DNA of 64,000 nt, taken from Carcharhinus longimanus. Lineage: Eukaryota. Location: contig JASCQW010000139.1 of assembly GCA_030264375.1 (NCBI GenBank), positions 31,220,398 to 31,284,397 on the forward strand, read 5' to 3'. The translations under genes and the position numbers were made by a program. The notes below the pieces were generated by a model. That model did no database searches. It saw only the letters and a program-made list of their open reading frames with translations, and was not told the DNA's origin. Below are positions 1 through 58,720 of the stretch, one piece after another (within the stretch, counting starts at the first letter, position 1; each line of letters opens with the position of its first letter).

Positions 1-1307
1 TGCACACAGTACTCCAGCTGCGGCCTCACCAGTACCCTGTACAGTTGCAGCAAGACCTCCCTACTTTTATATTCTAAGGTTGAGAAGGTGGACTTTCATG
101 AATAACCTCAGCTGGTATGGGAACTGAACCTATGGTGTTAGTGTTGCTCTGCAGTACTAAGCAGCCGGCCAGCCAACTGAGCTAACTCATGGCCCAGGTT
201 AGAGTGTGAAATAGTAGAATTCGATGGTGAAGATGAAGATTTGGTCACAGAGTAGCTGTGTAAGCACCAGATCAATGGAAAATTTAAATGGAGTCTGTTA
301 ATCCCAAGAAAACAGCCATTGGAACAATAGCTCATTGGTCTCCCTCTGAGAAAGATAGTTAGCAAGCACTATACCTATTTTTAAATACTGAAAATGATTT
401 CCCAGGATGTACAGTGGATGGCAAAAGTCATTGTGAAATCCATTGTTATATTGTGACATCGGGAAGTTTTGTTCTCACTGCATTTACTGCCATATTTGCA
501 ACTGTCTCCCCAAGCATGAATGGCTTAAGGCAAGTATGTAGAACTTCAATAATAGAGACTTTGAAGCCTTCGGGATGGACCTCAAAGTATAGAAGCAGAG
601 CTTGATAAATTACATACTGAAAGTTTTATATATGTTTTATAATTCCTGAAGGTGTCACTTTGCTGATGATAGAACAGAACTTGACTTAGTGAATTGGTGG
701 CTCAGATATTCATACACTGTGCATCAGATTATTTTAATATGCCTACATAATATTATCATTAATCTATGACACAGAAGCAAAGCAATAGGAGAGGGCTTTC
801 AGGAGGAGTGAAAGGATACTGAGAAAAATAAGTGAGGTATATGGGCAATAGGGATTTTAAAAAACTTATTCAATGGATCTGGAATAACTAAGGACTGAAA
901 ACAAACAAAAATAATGGACTCGATGGCAGAAAAAGGTACATCCAAGAGACGAAATGAAATACATAAAACACTTACATTTAACTATTAAGGTGCATCCTTG
1001 GCTGATTCACAGTATAATTTCCAGTATGGTCAAAAGAGGAAAACATGTTCTTGTCATCCCCTAGTCAGTGTTGGCCCAGGAGTTTTTACAAACTAATCTG
1101 GATGGTCCCATTAAAATATAGTTCAAAAAAGTAGCAAAAAGGTTACATCTAAACACAACGGTTACTTAAAAAGCAAAATACATAACACATATAAAATATC
1201 ACTTCTTGTAATTATTTACATCAGAGACTTGCAAGGTGGTTTTAAGAGGTCTGCCAAAGAAAACCAGGGAATGTACAGGGAAAATATCATAGACCAGAGT
1301 CAGGATG

Positions 1308-1657
1308 ATCATAGAGACCCTACAATGCAGAAGAAGCCATTCCACCCATCAAGTCTGCACTGACTCACTGACAGAATATCTTATCCAGGCCCTCTTCCTC
1401 GCAATATTGAAGTAACCCGGCACATTTCCCCTGGCTAATACATCTTGGGACACTAAGGGGCAATTTAGCATGGCCAGTTCACCTAACCTGCACATCTTTG
1501 CACTGAGAGGGGAAGGAGGGGGGCACCATAGCACCAGAGGAAACCCACACAAACACTGGGAGAATGTACAGACTCCTTACAGCCACCCAAGGCCAGAATT
1601 GAACCCAGATCCCTGGAGCTGTTAGGCAGCAATGCTAATCACTGTGCCACTATGCCC
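1308..1657 (-). mobile_element. HE1-like tRNA-derived V-SINE
   Basis: Reverse complement has the tRNA-like head GTGGCACAGTGATTAGCA, the core AAAGATGTGCAGGTTAGG...GCTAAATTGCCCC and a CR1-type tail. Confidence 0.85.
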
Positions 1658-1984
1658 AGCAACAGTTGAGATGCCATGTCAATCGAAGGATGCCATCCAA
1701 TAAATGTGAATTAGAACTCGGTCTTCATCTGTGTAGGCACAGCTTTAAATTTGAAAGAGGGAAGAAGTGCAGTCTTCATGTGAGATAATGCCTGTAGATG
1801 TTTGGGTGCAATGCACAAAAGGATAGCCTGGGGCAATATAGCAGTTAGGGCAAGGAGATAAGATGTTAACTCTTTGTCCAGTGAACAGCACGGAGAACTG
1901 ATGCTCGAGAAAGCTTCATCTCATTCCCCCAATGACACGATTGTGTGGCAAATCTGTCGGCAAAATCCTCAGTTCATGCTTTTA

Positions 1985-2055
1985 CATAAGAACATAAGAA
2001 ATAGGAGCAGGAGTAGGCCATCTAGCCCCTCGAGCCTGCCCCGCCATTCAATAAG
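1985..2055 (-). mobile_element. CR1 LINE 3' tail running into an N-gap
   Basis: ACATAAGAACATAAGAAATAGGAGCAGGAGTAGGCC is the reverse complement of the tail at the end of the CR1 copy at 38860. Confidence 0.8.
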
Positions 2056-2159
2056 NNNNNNNNNNNNNNNNNNNNNNNNNNNNNNNNNNNNNNNNNNNNN
2101 NNNNNNNNNNNNNNNNNNNNNNNNNNNNNNNNNNNNNNNNNNNNNNNNNNNNNNNNNNN

Positions 2160-2228
2160 AAACCTGGTGTTGTCAGACTTTTTACTGTGTTTACGCCAGT
2201 CCAACGCCGGCATACCCACATCATGACT
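2160..2228. mobile_element. Penelope-like element end fragment
   Basis: Reverse complement of the terminus at 27897-27960 (ATGATGTGGAGATGCCGGCGTTGGACTGG). Confidence 0.65.
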
Positions 2229-2853
2229 ACATTTTCAAGTACCAGCCCTGTAAGAGATTGGTAAGTTTGTTCCAGGCAAACATATTAACAACCGCCACAC
2301 TATCATTGAATTACCTACTGTTCGCTGCTCCATTAGGAATTAGAATTATGGCCAGTGCTGTATAAACATTTTATAAAAATGCTTGAAGTAGAAAAAATTT
2401 GCAACCTAGAAGGCTAATAATGAGATGTTTCTGGAATTGAGGGTGGCGGGAAGACAGCATCTCAGCCAAAGTAGAAAATTGAAAGATAGCATTTGAATTG
2501 CAAGTAGAACAGAAATAAATGTTTAATTGTGTAACTAATTTTTATAGTAATAAACCTATCACACAGTGATATTATGAATGTCTAAATACACAAAAGAAGT
2601 AAAAGGCATACAAAACTGAACATCATTCCCAGTAGATGAGGGATATGCAATAAAGATTTTGGATATGCAATCAAATAATTGAAGATAAGTTTATTTTGAA
2701 CAGTAATAGTTCAGGAATATACAAATCATAAATTTACAGCACAGACTCCCTTATTTCCTGATACAGGTGTAAGGAAGTTTGCTTAAATCCTCACAATTAA
2801 CAAAAATGCATAAAAATACAGGTGCTTCAGCTTCCTAAGAAATGTAATACAAA

Positions 2854-3183
2854 TTAAAAATACTTGTGCACCTCTACACTTCAATGCTATGAAACTTATA
2901 AGGCAGCAAATAAGGCAAAAATAAAGTTGATTTTAAAGATAACGCAAGTGTAAATTAGACTGTGAAATGGAAATCAACTGCTGAACAACGTACATTAACA
3001 TTAAACAGTCTCAAGATGCCTCATAAAGGCACAAGAAGTGGGATATATTTAAAGGTGTGGAATGCTGGTCAATAATAGACACCCTTTAAATAATCACTTA
3101 TCAATGGCTTGCCAAATGCACAGACCATCAATAATATAAATATTAGTGTGTTGATCAGAAAAGCAACTTGATAAGTATAACAA
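2854..3183 (+). repeat. Local direct duplication, copy 1 (about 330 bp)
   Basis: Aligns by eye to 4559-4892 at roughly 90% identity with a few small indels. Confidence 0.92.
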
Positions 3184-3557
3184 GGGGTAAAATGATTTAA
3201 TACAGGGCTTCAAAGACACCATAGGTTTATTAATCAAAAATCTAATAAAAATAAGGAATTTAAGTGGGTAGTCAATTTTCATCAATTACTTAATATTTTA
3301 ATAGGTTCAGTCTCCTCTCCACCCCTCAATCTGACTACTCTTCTAATTTTGTTTCCTTAAGTGAATTGCTCCTTCAGGGAGCCAGCAGATACAACTGGCC
3401 AAATGACCTTCTCCTGTGCTATAACCATTCAATGATTCTAAATACGAACATAGCATTCGCAGGGCAGAAAGAACTGTCACGTTCTTAACACAATGTAATT
3501 GATAATAGTTAAAAATGTGGTAGAGATGCTGCAGTCCAATCCACAAAAAAACCCACT

Positions 3558-3838
3558 GGAGTACTGTGTGCAGTTTTGGTTGCCGCACTTACGCAAGGAT
3601 ATTTTGGCCTTGGAGGGAGTGCAGAGGAGGTTNNNNNNNNNNNNNNNNNNNNNNNNNNNNNNNNNNNNNNNNNNNNNNNNNNNNNNNNNNNNNNNNNNNN
3701 NNNNNNNNNNNNNNNNNNNNNNNNNNNNNNNNGAATGTGGAACTGAGACACGACAGATCAGCCATGATCTTATTGAATGGCAGGGCAGGCTCGAAGGGCT
3801 GGATGGCCTGCTTCTGCTCCTATTTCTTATGTTCTTAT
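3558..3838 (+). mobile_element. CR1 LINE 3' fragment with internal gap
   Basis: Encodes LEYCVQFWLPHLRKDILALEGVQRR (CR1 RT C-terminus); ends in TTCTTATGTTCTTAT. Confidence 0.88.
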
Positions 3839-4558
3839 AATTTTATGATGCAATCAGTGTTATTGAGGATGCCTTTGTGGAAATCCTTGGCATGCTCGAG
3901 AAAAGCAATCAATTAGTGTCACACAATTAGCATGCTGGAAAAACTGGACATTCTCAATGCCTTTATTCGATAGTTTTCCATCAATCTGCTCATCTTGCAA
4001 CTGCACAGGACAAGAGTCATTCAGTACCTCATCCATGTGGTTCATTCCACACATGCCAGTGACCTATTTGAGAAACCAAACGCAAAATGATCTTCCTCAA
4101 ATGTTCAGGATTACATGCAATATTACATGTCACTGGGAACCAAACAGGAGTAGTAATCCTAATTCTCTTTTTGCTTGCTGTTCTGTAACCCACAGCTGGT
4201 GCTCATGCCAACTACATGTAGACTGATATCAGCAAAGTCTAGGGATCAAACACGGAACATGCTGTCAGCTCATGTTATACTCCGTGCAGTATTTGCCCAA
4301 AAAGCCATAAACAGTATAAACAGGTTACACATGAAATGTTAACCTGTATTTTCACTTTACTGGTACTGATGTAATTGTACAGTAATTGCAGCACAGTCTT
4401 TGCTCAGAATATTAGAAGATGCTTAGTTGGTCTCTAGTCTTGGAGCACTGAAGCTTATTCTAGCACCCTTTCTATCACTCAGGCTAAAATTAGATAAGAT
4501 CAGAAAGAAGGAGTCAGAATGACTTCAGTGCCATATGGTGTATTTACTGCTGAACAAC

Positions 4559-4892
4559 TTAAAAATACTTGTGCACCCCTACACTTCAATGCTATGAAAC
4601 TGATAAGCAGCAAATTAGGCAAAAATAAAGTTGATTTTAAGGATAAAGCAAGTGTAAATTAGACTGTGAAATGAAAGTCAACTGCCGAACAACGTACATT
4701 AACATTAAACAGTCTTAAGATGCCTCATGAAGGCACGAGGAAAGAAGCAGGATATATTTAAAGGTGTGGAAGGCTGGTCAATAATATACACCCTTTAAAT
4801 AATCACCTGTCAATGGCTTGCTAAATTCACGGACCATCAATGATATAAATATTAGTGTGTTGATCAAAAGAGCAATTTGCAAGGTATAACAA
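4559..4892 (+). repeat. Local direct duplication, copy 2
   Basis: Runs from TTAAAAATACTTGTGCACC to GTATAACAA, as does copy 1. Confidence 0.92.
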
Positions 4893-6457
4893 AGAAGCCA
4901 CAACATATCAATTATTTTGGGTATGATAAATTTTAAAATAAACATTTAATTTCCGAGTCATTGGGAAAAGTAACAGCTGCTGACAGGAATGGATGCTCCT
5001 TAGTTGAAAGTGATTTTTGTGGCAGTTTCAATTACATGACAGAATGTAAAGATCAAGCACACTTCTGCTTTTCCTTCATCTTTTGTTGTTTGGCAAAAAA
5101 TGAGCAACATTGAAAGAGGTATAGTAATATGCTGGTCAGCATGTTGGCATGAAATTTCAAAACTTTTTTCTTTTACCAAGAATTAAGCCAAAATTGCACT
5201 TTAATCCTGCATATTTCTTCATCAGTGTGAAAGTTAACTTGCTATTGTAACTTCTACAAGAGAAATGCAGATCATGTACAAAAAATGAAGTTCAGATGTG
5301 AACAAGCTTTTAATCAGTTTCTCACTCATTTTTGCTAACATCTGTCAAGCAGGAATGAGCATGAACTATTAAAAGTACCAATTCACAGAATAAAAAAGTC
5401 ACACTCAACCACGCGAAGTCTTGTGCTCAATAATCAGTAATTTGATTCTTTCATAGATGTACACATGGGTGCTATGCTATTAAAGAACCTTGGATTTTCA
5501 ATAGTTTGTGATTTCTTTCTACATTAATCTCTGCCCTATTCCTGACATAAAATAACTTAGTGATCCTTCTTAGTGAAAGTTGGGCACTCCCACAACTGAA
5601 GCTCTGCAAAGATACACATTCCTTAGCAGATCATGTAAGAGTTGCTGTTTTCTGGAGTCCATTTAAAAAATCCAGCATGGACCAATAAGCTCTCCACTTG
5701 CTGAGGCTAAATATGAATATTCAAGTTGAACTTGAATCTTTTTCCTGTCTTGTGACTCCGTTATATTTTTAGTTTGAGGATTTCTTCTTTTGTACCTCCT
5801 TAACCAATACCAGAACTTTGGATAAAAATAAAATATAAAGTCAATAGCTGTACATCCATTAGCGCCATTTAGTTTAACTAAATGAACAAAATTAGAGGAA
5901 AAATGCAATCAGATTTTATAATTTTGTGAGGCCTTGAAAGTTAAATTCAGGGTTAAAGAAATTGCGTAATCAGTGGCTCAATTGTCTCAAGAAATCCTAA
6001 TCATAAGTTTGGCCACGTGTGTTCAGTATTTCACTGAATTCGAGTTAATCAGAAATGACTTGGGTGTGAATATGTTCTGTTTACATATCTGTGCGATGAT
6101 AATCAGGACTTGAAAGCCTGTAGCCAGGTAAATAAAAGGTATTTTCCAACTGTTGTGAAGATTATATATTTGTGACAATTGTAGGAATCATATATTGATT
6201 TGGAAGAATGTCTAAATATTGTTAATAAATATAACCAAAGGAGTGTGTAACAACAACTATAATGTGTAAACTGATGGACATTTTCAAACTAAAAAGCTGG
6301 ACACTGATAATTAATGTGAAAAATGATACTTTTGCAGTAACAAAAATAAAGTTATGAGCAGTGAAAATAATAAAGGCACTGATGTGTGTGTTAATTGGAT
6401 GAACTGCTTAATTGGTGAATTGATCCATGATTTTTTGATGGTTTGTGAGTAAGTAGC

Positions 6458-6463
6458 TTTATT
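6458..6463 (-). terminator. Candidate polyadenylation signal AATAAA of the merlin 3' UTR
   Basis: First minus-strand AATAAA I found after the stop (about 360 nt downstream). Others lie at 3226-3231 and 2690-2695, so the used site is unknown. Confidence 0.3.
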
Positions 6464-6820
6464 AACAGCTAAATATCCCGTTATAGAGCCCAAGGGGATT
6501 CCATTAGCCTACAGTGGCGTTGTTTTTAAAATAAATAGCAAAGAGACTAATGTTTAGTGTTATAAATGGGAACCATAAGCACCATTTCCATTTAGTGCAC
6601 TCACGTTTACTGAGCAACTAAAATGTGACAAACTTTCTTCCTGTTCAAATAGTCATATGTGCACGTTCTGAAGCAGTATCAATGTCCGTCACAAAACTAG
6701 CAGCTAAAATTCATTAAGAAAGCTTTGCTAAATCCAACTTCTTTTGTGCAATGGCTCTGGAATGCAGAAAGGTCATCATCAAACTCATTTCCCAAGCTGG
6801 ACAGTCCAATGTTGAGGATG

Positions 6821-53034
<46,214 letters not shown>

Positions 53035-53596
53035 TTTGATTCTAAATCCTTTGACCGTCTCCTATGATTAAACCTGACAATTGAAAGCGCAGTATTAATG
53101 GCACGATCATAAGAACACTTACACTAAACATGTAAAGTTAATAAAAACAATTTATAATACAGTAAAATCTATCAGCTTTTCTGACAAGATGATCCACCTA
53201 TATTTACATATAATGGCCTGTCTCCATACATCTTTTGCTAATGGTGTTCTATGCTAACCACCAGGAGGTATGTGAGTGTCCACCTCCATTTCAATTCTTC
53301 TGTCACGTAGTTGTACTCAGTGGCTCTGTAACAAATCGTGCAGAATCAAAGGTCTCTACTCCTTGGAAATCTATATCTATAGAAGTTCCATTTGTCCAAT
53401 TCAGAGTGCATGTTCTCTTCTCATTGAGAAATGCCCAATTTTTCAAGAGCTTTAGCCCAGGTTGGGCTTCAGCTCAAGGAAGTCCATAGTGTGCAATCCC
53501 AAATATCTCAGGGTATCGTTATCGATGGCTCCAATGCTCAACATAGGAATGCAATCTCCATCTGCTTATGGTGTAGTTCTATTCAAATAAATTTCA

Positions 53597-53968
53597 GAAT
53601 CATTACAACACAGGGGGAAACCATCTGACCCATCTTGCTTGTACCAGCTCTCCAAGTGAGCAACTGACATAGTTCCATTCTCCTGTCTTCTCCCCATAGA
53701 CCTCCACATTGTTTCTTTTAAAATAACAGTCCAATTCCCTTTTGAATGCTTTAATTGAACCTGCCTCCACCACTCACGCAGGCAGTGTATTCCAGACCCT
53801 AAACCAATCACTGTATGAAAAGTTTTTTCTCATTTTTCTATTGCTTCTTTTACTGATTATTTTAACTCTGTGTCCTCTTGTTTTCGATCTGTTCATTAGT
53901 GGAAACAATGTCTCCCTATCTACTCTGTCCAGACTTCTCATGATTTTGAATACCTCTATCAAATCTAA
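53597..53968 (-). mobile_element. CR1 LINE 3' fragment
   Basis: ORF 53774..53974 DLIEVFKIMRSLDRVDRETLFP...TRGH...VWNTLP. Confidence 0.88.
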
Positions 53969-54789
53969 CAGCATGAAAAGGGGAGTAAAGTAGAATCATG
54001 AAGGCTTTCTATTCACACAAAGACTAGCCCTTCAACTTGGGGTTATTACTTTGCTTGACAGCTATTTGTGAATCCTTTCTGTAAAGGGGCAGGGACCTTG
54101 ATCAGATGGAAACACTTCGCAACTGACAGCTTGTTAGCAGAGATTCATCCCACAGGCTTAATTCTGAGGTCCATAAAGAGAAGTGCATGGGCTGTAAGGC
54201 AGATAACATATTTGCAACAAATGTTAAATGATTTTTAAAGTTCCAGGGCAGTCCAATAACAATTAGCTTAGTCTGAGGGTTAGAAAAAAATGGTTACCAT
54301 GAGTGAAAAAGTCAACTTTTTAGTTTTATAAAATCAAGCATTGTATGGAAATATATCTCACTGTGGAAACTATGCACATGTTCATTTATCCAACTGTTGG
54401 TTTGAAGCCACTGTCTGAATTCAGTGGATTGCTTGTCAAATTTACTGTCAAGAAAGATAATTCAGATGATACATTCCAGGAATTATGAATGGAGTAAGGG
54501 CTCTCTAAGAGAATTCTTAGATCAAACATCATCTAAATAGATATGGAACAGGAAGAGCTGCACTTCTGATCATTTAGAACATGAGCTGTAGGAGGGGCTG
54601 CTGACATAAACTCAAAAAAATCTAGTGCGAAAATTACATCAAAGTAACTAAATGGAAAATCCAAATACGGAGCCCAATGACTTGAAAGCTTTTCTGATGT
54701 CTATTTATACTTTCTCTTGCAGTATGACTGAATCTCAAACTGCTTCAACTTAAAACAACTAATATTTATCTATGAACAATATTGTTACA

Positions 54790-55400
54790 GATCTCAGAAA
54801 AACATTCACTCTAAACGCAGCAAGTGTCATGTTTGGAGACTGAATGGATGACCTCTTTGCTTTTAGGATCTGAAGAACGTGAGAAACATATTCAAAAGCA
54901 CAGGATGGCAAATAACAAGAAAGGATAAGGTAACGTAGGCAACTTTATGATGATCATAATAGCTCAGAATGAAGCTGAAAGAGGCTTGGGATTTGAACAC
55001 TCAAGATTTCCAACTAATGCAAGGGCTGCAATAAAAAAAACACTATGTTGAAAACGCTACAGAGCTGCAATCAATAAAGGTAATAAAATGATGAACAGTA
55101 TAGGAAAAGCAGTAAAACACGAGTCAATGGAAGTCATCACACTATGCAGTGTTCTGGTCAGACAGTATCTTAACCATCATATTCAGCCTGGAAAAGCACT
55201 CAAACACCAGAATTGGTAAAGAATAGAATAGCAAACATGGGCTCACAAGCCAAATGTCCGAATTGAGTGACTCACTGAAGAAACTTCAGTGTTTCAGCCT
55301 GAAAAATGCTGAGAATTGATCCTCTCATGATGTATGAGATGACAGATGGAACAGAAAAGGTAAATCAAGAACATTACTTCAAATTAAGTTGGACAAGGGG
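54790..55400 (+). mobile_element. Highly degraded CR1-like fragment
   Basis: EKVNQEHYFKL..TRGHKL remnant. Confidence 0.5.
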
Positions 55401-55469
55401 GCACAAATTAAATGAGGGGATTCAAGTTAAGGCAAACAAGGTACTATTTGGGCAGATCATCAGAAACCA

Positions 55470-56000
55470 GCTCAAAGAAGTAGATTTTAAGGAGCTTCTT
55501 AACGAGAGAGAGGTGAAGAGGCTTAGGGAGACAATTCTAGAGAGTAGGTAGGGTCTTGGCAGCTGAAGGTACAACCATCAATGATGGGACAATTAAAATC
55601 AAGATAATTCAAGAGGTCAGAGATTAGAGGAGCATAGACATCTCCGTGTTGTGGGGTGGGGGAGATCCTAGAGAAAGGTAGGGGGGAAGCCATGGGGATA
55701 GGATTTGAAAACAAGGAGAATTTTAAGTGGGTAAACAGGACCTGGTGCGAGTAAGGACAGGGGCAGTTGAGTTTCAGATTATCTCAAATTTATGGGATGT
55801 AGAATGTGAGAAGTATGACAGAAGTGCATTAGTCAATAGGAGAGGCAATAAAGGCAAGCATAAGGCTTACACAGATAAGCTGAGGCAGGAGCAAAGTTAT
55901 GAAGATGAAAATAAACAATCTTGCTGATGTCACAGATATTTAATCAGAAGTTCATCGAGGGACAAATGCAAGTCACCAAGGTTGTTCTGTCTGATTCAGA
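55470..56000 (-). mobile_element. Degraded L2 fragment
   Basis: TTTTAAGGAGCTTCTTAACGAGAGAGAGG...GATTTGAAAACAAGGAGAATTTTAA resembles the reverse of the L2 piece at 9870-10120. Confidence 0.6.
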
Positions 56001-56362
56001 CTAAGTGGGTTCCCCAGGAGCCTTCCTCCTCGACACCTATACTGTGGCAAGGCTCTGTGGTCCACAGTGAGGTGTTTGATACTTCAAAATAAAGACTTGG
56101 ACACGTTGTTTGCTTAACTTAGTGGCAGATTAGTCATCAGGCTCTCATTGCAGATGCGTTTGCTATTTGTTATCTTTGAAGTGGAATGAAACTAAAATGG
56201 GAGAAAGGAAAGAAGTGGATCTATTTCCATTTGTACTCGACTTATTGTGTGTATGTGGGGGGGTATTGTGTGTGTGGGGGGGTATTAGAACATAGAACAC
56301 TACAGCACAAACAGGCCCTTCGGCCCACGAGTTGCGCCGATCACATCTACACCTACCAATCT

Positions 56363-57287
56363 NNNNNNNNNNNNNNNNNNNNNNNNNNNNNNNNNNNNNN
56401 NNNNNNNNNNNNNNNNNNNNNNNNNNNNNNNNNNNNNNNNNNNNNNNNNNNNNNNNNNNNNNNNNNNNNNNNNNNNNNNNNNNNNNNNNNNNNNNNNNNN
56501 NNNNNNNNNNNNNNNNNNNNNNNNNNNNNNNNNNNNNNNNNNNNNNNNNNNNNNNNNNNNNNNNNNNNNNNNNNNNNNNNNNNNNNNNNNNNNNNNNNNN
56601 NNNNNNNNNNNNNNNNNNNNNNNNNNNNNNNNNNNNNNNNNNNNNNNNNNNNNNNNNNNNNNNNNNNNNNNNNNNNNNNNNNNNNNNNNNNNNNNNNNNN
56701 NNNNNNNNNNNNNNNNNNNNNNNNNNNNNNNNNNNNNNNNNNNNNNNNNNNNNNNNNNNNNNNNNNNNNNNNNNNNNNNNNNNNNNNNNNNNNNNNNNNN
56801 NNNNNNNNNNNNNNNNNNNNNNNNNNNNNNNNNNNNNNNNNNNNNNNNNNNNNNNNNNNNNNNNNNNNNNNNNNNNNNNNNNNNNNNNNNNNNNNNNNNN
56901 NNNNNNNNNNNNNNNNNNNNNNNNNNNNNNNNNNNNNNNNNNNNNNNNNNNNNNNNNNNNNNNNNNNNNNNNNNNNNNNNNNNNNNNNNNNNNNNNNNNN
57001 NNNNNNNNNNNNNNNNNNNNNNNNNNNNNNNNNNNNNNNNNNNNNNNNNNNNNNNNNNNNNNNNNNNNNNNNNNNNNNNNNNNNNNNNNNNNNNNNNNNN
57101 NNNNNNNNNNNNNNNNNNNNNNNNNNNNNNNNNNNNNNNNNNNNNNNNNNNNNNNNNNNNNNNNNNNNNNNNNNNNNNNNNNNNNNNNNNNNNNNNNNNN
57201 NNNNNNNNNNNNNNNNNNNNNNNNNNNNNNNNNNNNNNNNNNNNNNNNNNNNNNNNNNNNNNNNNNNNNNNNNNNNNNNNNNNNNNN
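56363..57287. other. Assembly gap (largest of several N-runs), preceded by a reversed CR1-type tail
   Basis: N-run; the flank TAGAACATAGAACACTACAGCAC suggests a collapsed young repeat. Confidence 0.95.
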
Positions 57288-58720
57288 CACGACCACCCCC
57301 CTCCCCTCAATACAGTCCTGCCAGCCCCCAGCCCCATTCCCCCAGCAATAGAATCTTGTTAGCACTCACCCCCATTCCTCCAGTAATGCAGTCCTCTCAG
57401 CCCCCAATTCCTCCATCAATGCAGAGTTTTCTGCCCCCTTCATTCCCTCAGCAATGCAACCATGTCAGCTCCCCTTATTCCTCTATCAGTAGTCCTGCCT
57501 GCTCCCCTTCAAACCCCAGCAATGCAGCCACCTCATTGCTCCAGCTAAACAGTTCCCTTTAGCCCAACTTCAGTATTGCAGTTCTCTTTTCCATATCCTT
57601 AGCAACAGAACTCCACTCAATCTTCTCCATGCATTGCAGCTATCTTTCTCCATCCAGCCGCATAGCTCTCCTCACCTCTACCCAGTTACCGTTCCTCTCA
57701 CTCCCAGCAAAACAACTTTCTTCACTCCTCTACTAGCTACGCAACTTGTCTCACCTGCACAACAGAACATATCCTCATACCTCCCCTCATTGCCTCTCCC
57801 AGCAGTACAGCTCCCCTTACTCCAACAACACAGTTCCTTTCATTCCCCAGCAATGCAGCTTTCTCTCACCAACTCCTCAGCAATGGAGCTCCAGCATCTC
57901 ATTTGAAGCAACACAATTTCTCCCCCACCTCAAGCTACCCCATAGTACTTGCCAACAGTGCAGCTGCTGCATTGTCTTCTTATATGCAACAACATTCCAA
58001 CCAAACTGCTTTCAAGTGGCCCTCACCCCAAAACATTACAGCTCCTTCTGTCCAAAGTCCCACTATGAACAGCACAACCCACGCAACCAACTACACTGAT
58101 CCCAACAGGATCCACTTCAAACCAAAGTCAAACAGTCATCATCTCAAAATTGCAGCTCTTGCAAAGACCTCAAACCTAGCAAGATAGCTACTTACTCAAT
58201 CTAACAACACAGATCCTGAAAACCCATACTCCAGAAACACTTCATGCAGTCTTCAAACTTCACAATACCTCTAACCCCAAAAATGTTACATCTACGTCGT
58301 GCTATTTCAATCATGGTATGTCTTGCTTCCACATAACTCACCAAGCAATTTAACCACAATACAAGTCCTGATACCATCACTAACATGTTTATTGCACAGC
58401 TCACTTAGTCCTTTTTTGGGAACATAGTTCACATCCCAACACAGCTCCTACATAACTCAAAAACTATAGGAATGCAGCTCGCACACGCGCCATACCTGCA
58501 GCAACACTGCAGTATAGTTTTCACATCACATCGATATAGGTTGTATCCCCAAAAACAGTTTTCCACATAACCCTTCACTCCAACAGCATAGCTCCAACAG
58601 TGTCTCCAACTGCAAGCACATAGCTCAAACCTCAGCCCTATACTTCTGACAAGTTCACATCTATAATATTGGGAACAAAGCCATAACTTCATGCAGCAAA
58701 TACCCATATCACTTGCAACA
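57288..58720. repeat. C/A-rich, G-poor degenerate repeat tract
   Basis: Recurrent CAGCAATGCAGCT / CACAGCTC motifs with strong strand skew. Confidence 0.6.

Noticed and set aside
446-616. Minus-strand open frame after TTTCAG (YVIYQALLLYFEVHPEG...KLPDVTI*) and an overlapping plus-strand exon-like stretch
   Set aside because: No similarity to any protein I recognise; cannot be supported without transcripts.
56163-57562. Long ORFs of 339-458 aa in the ORF track
   Set aside because: They are artefacts of translating through an N-gap.
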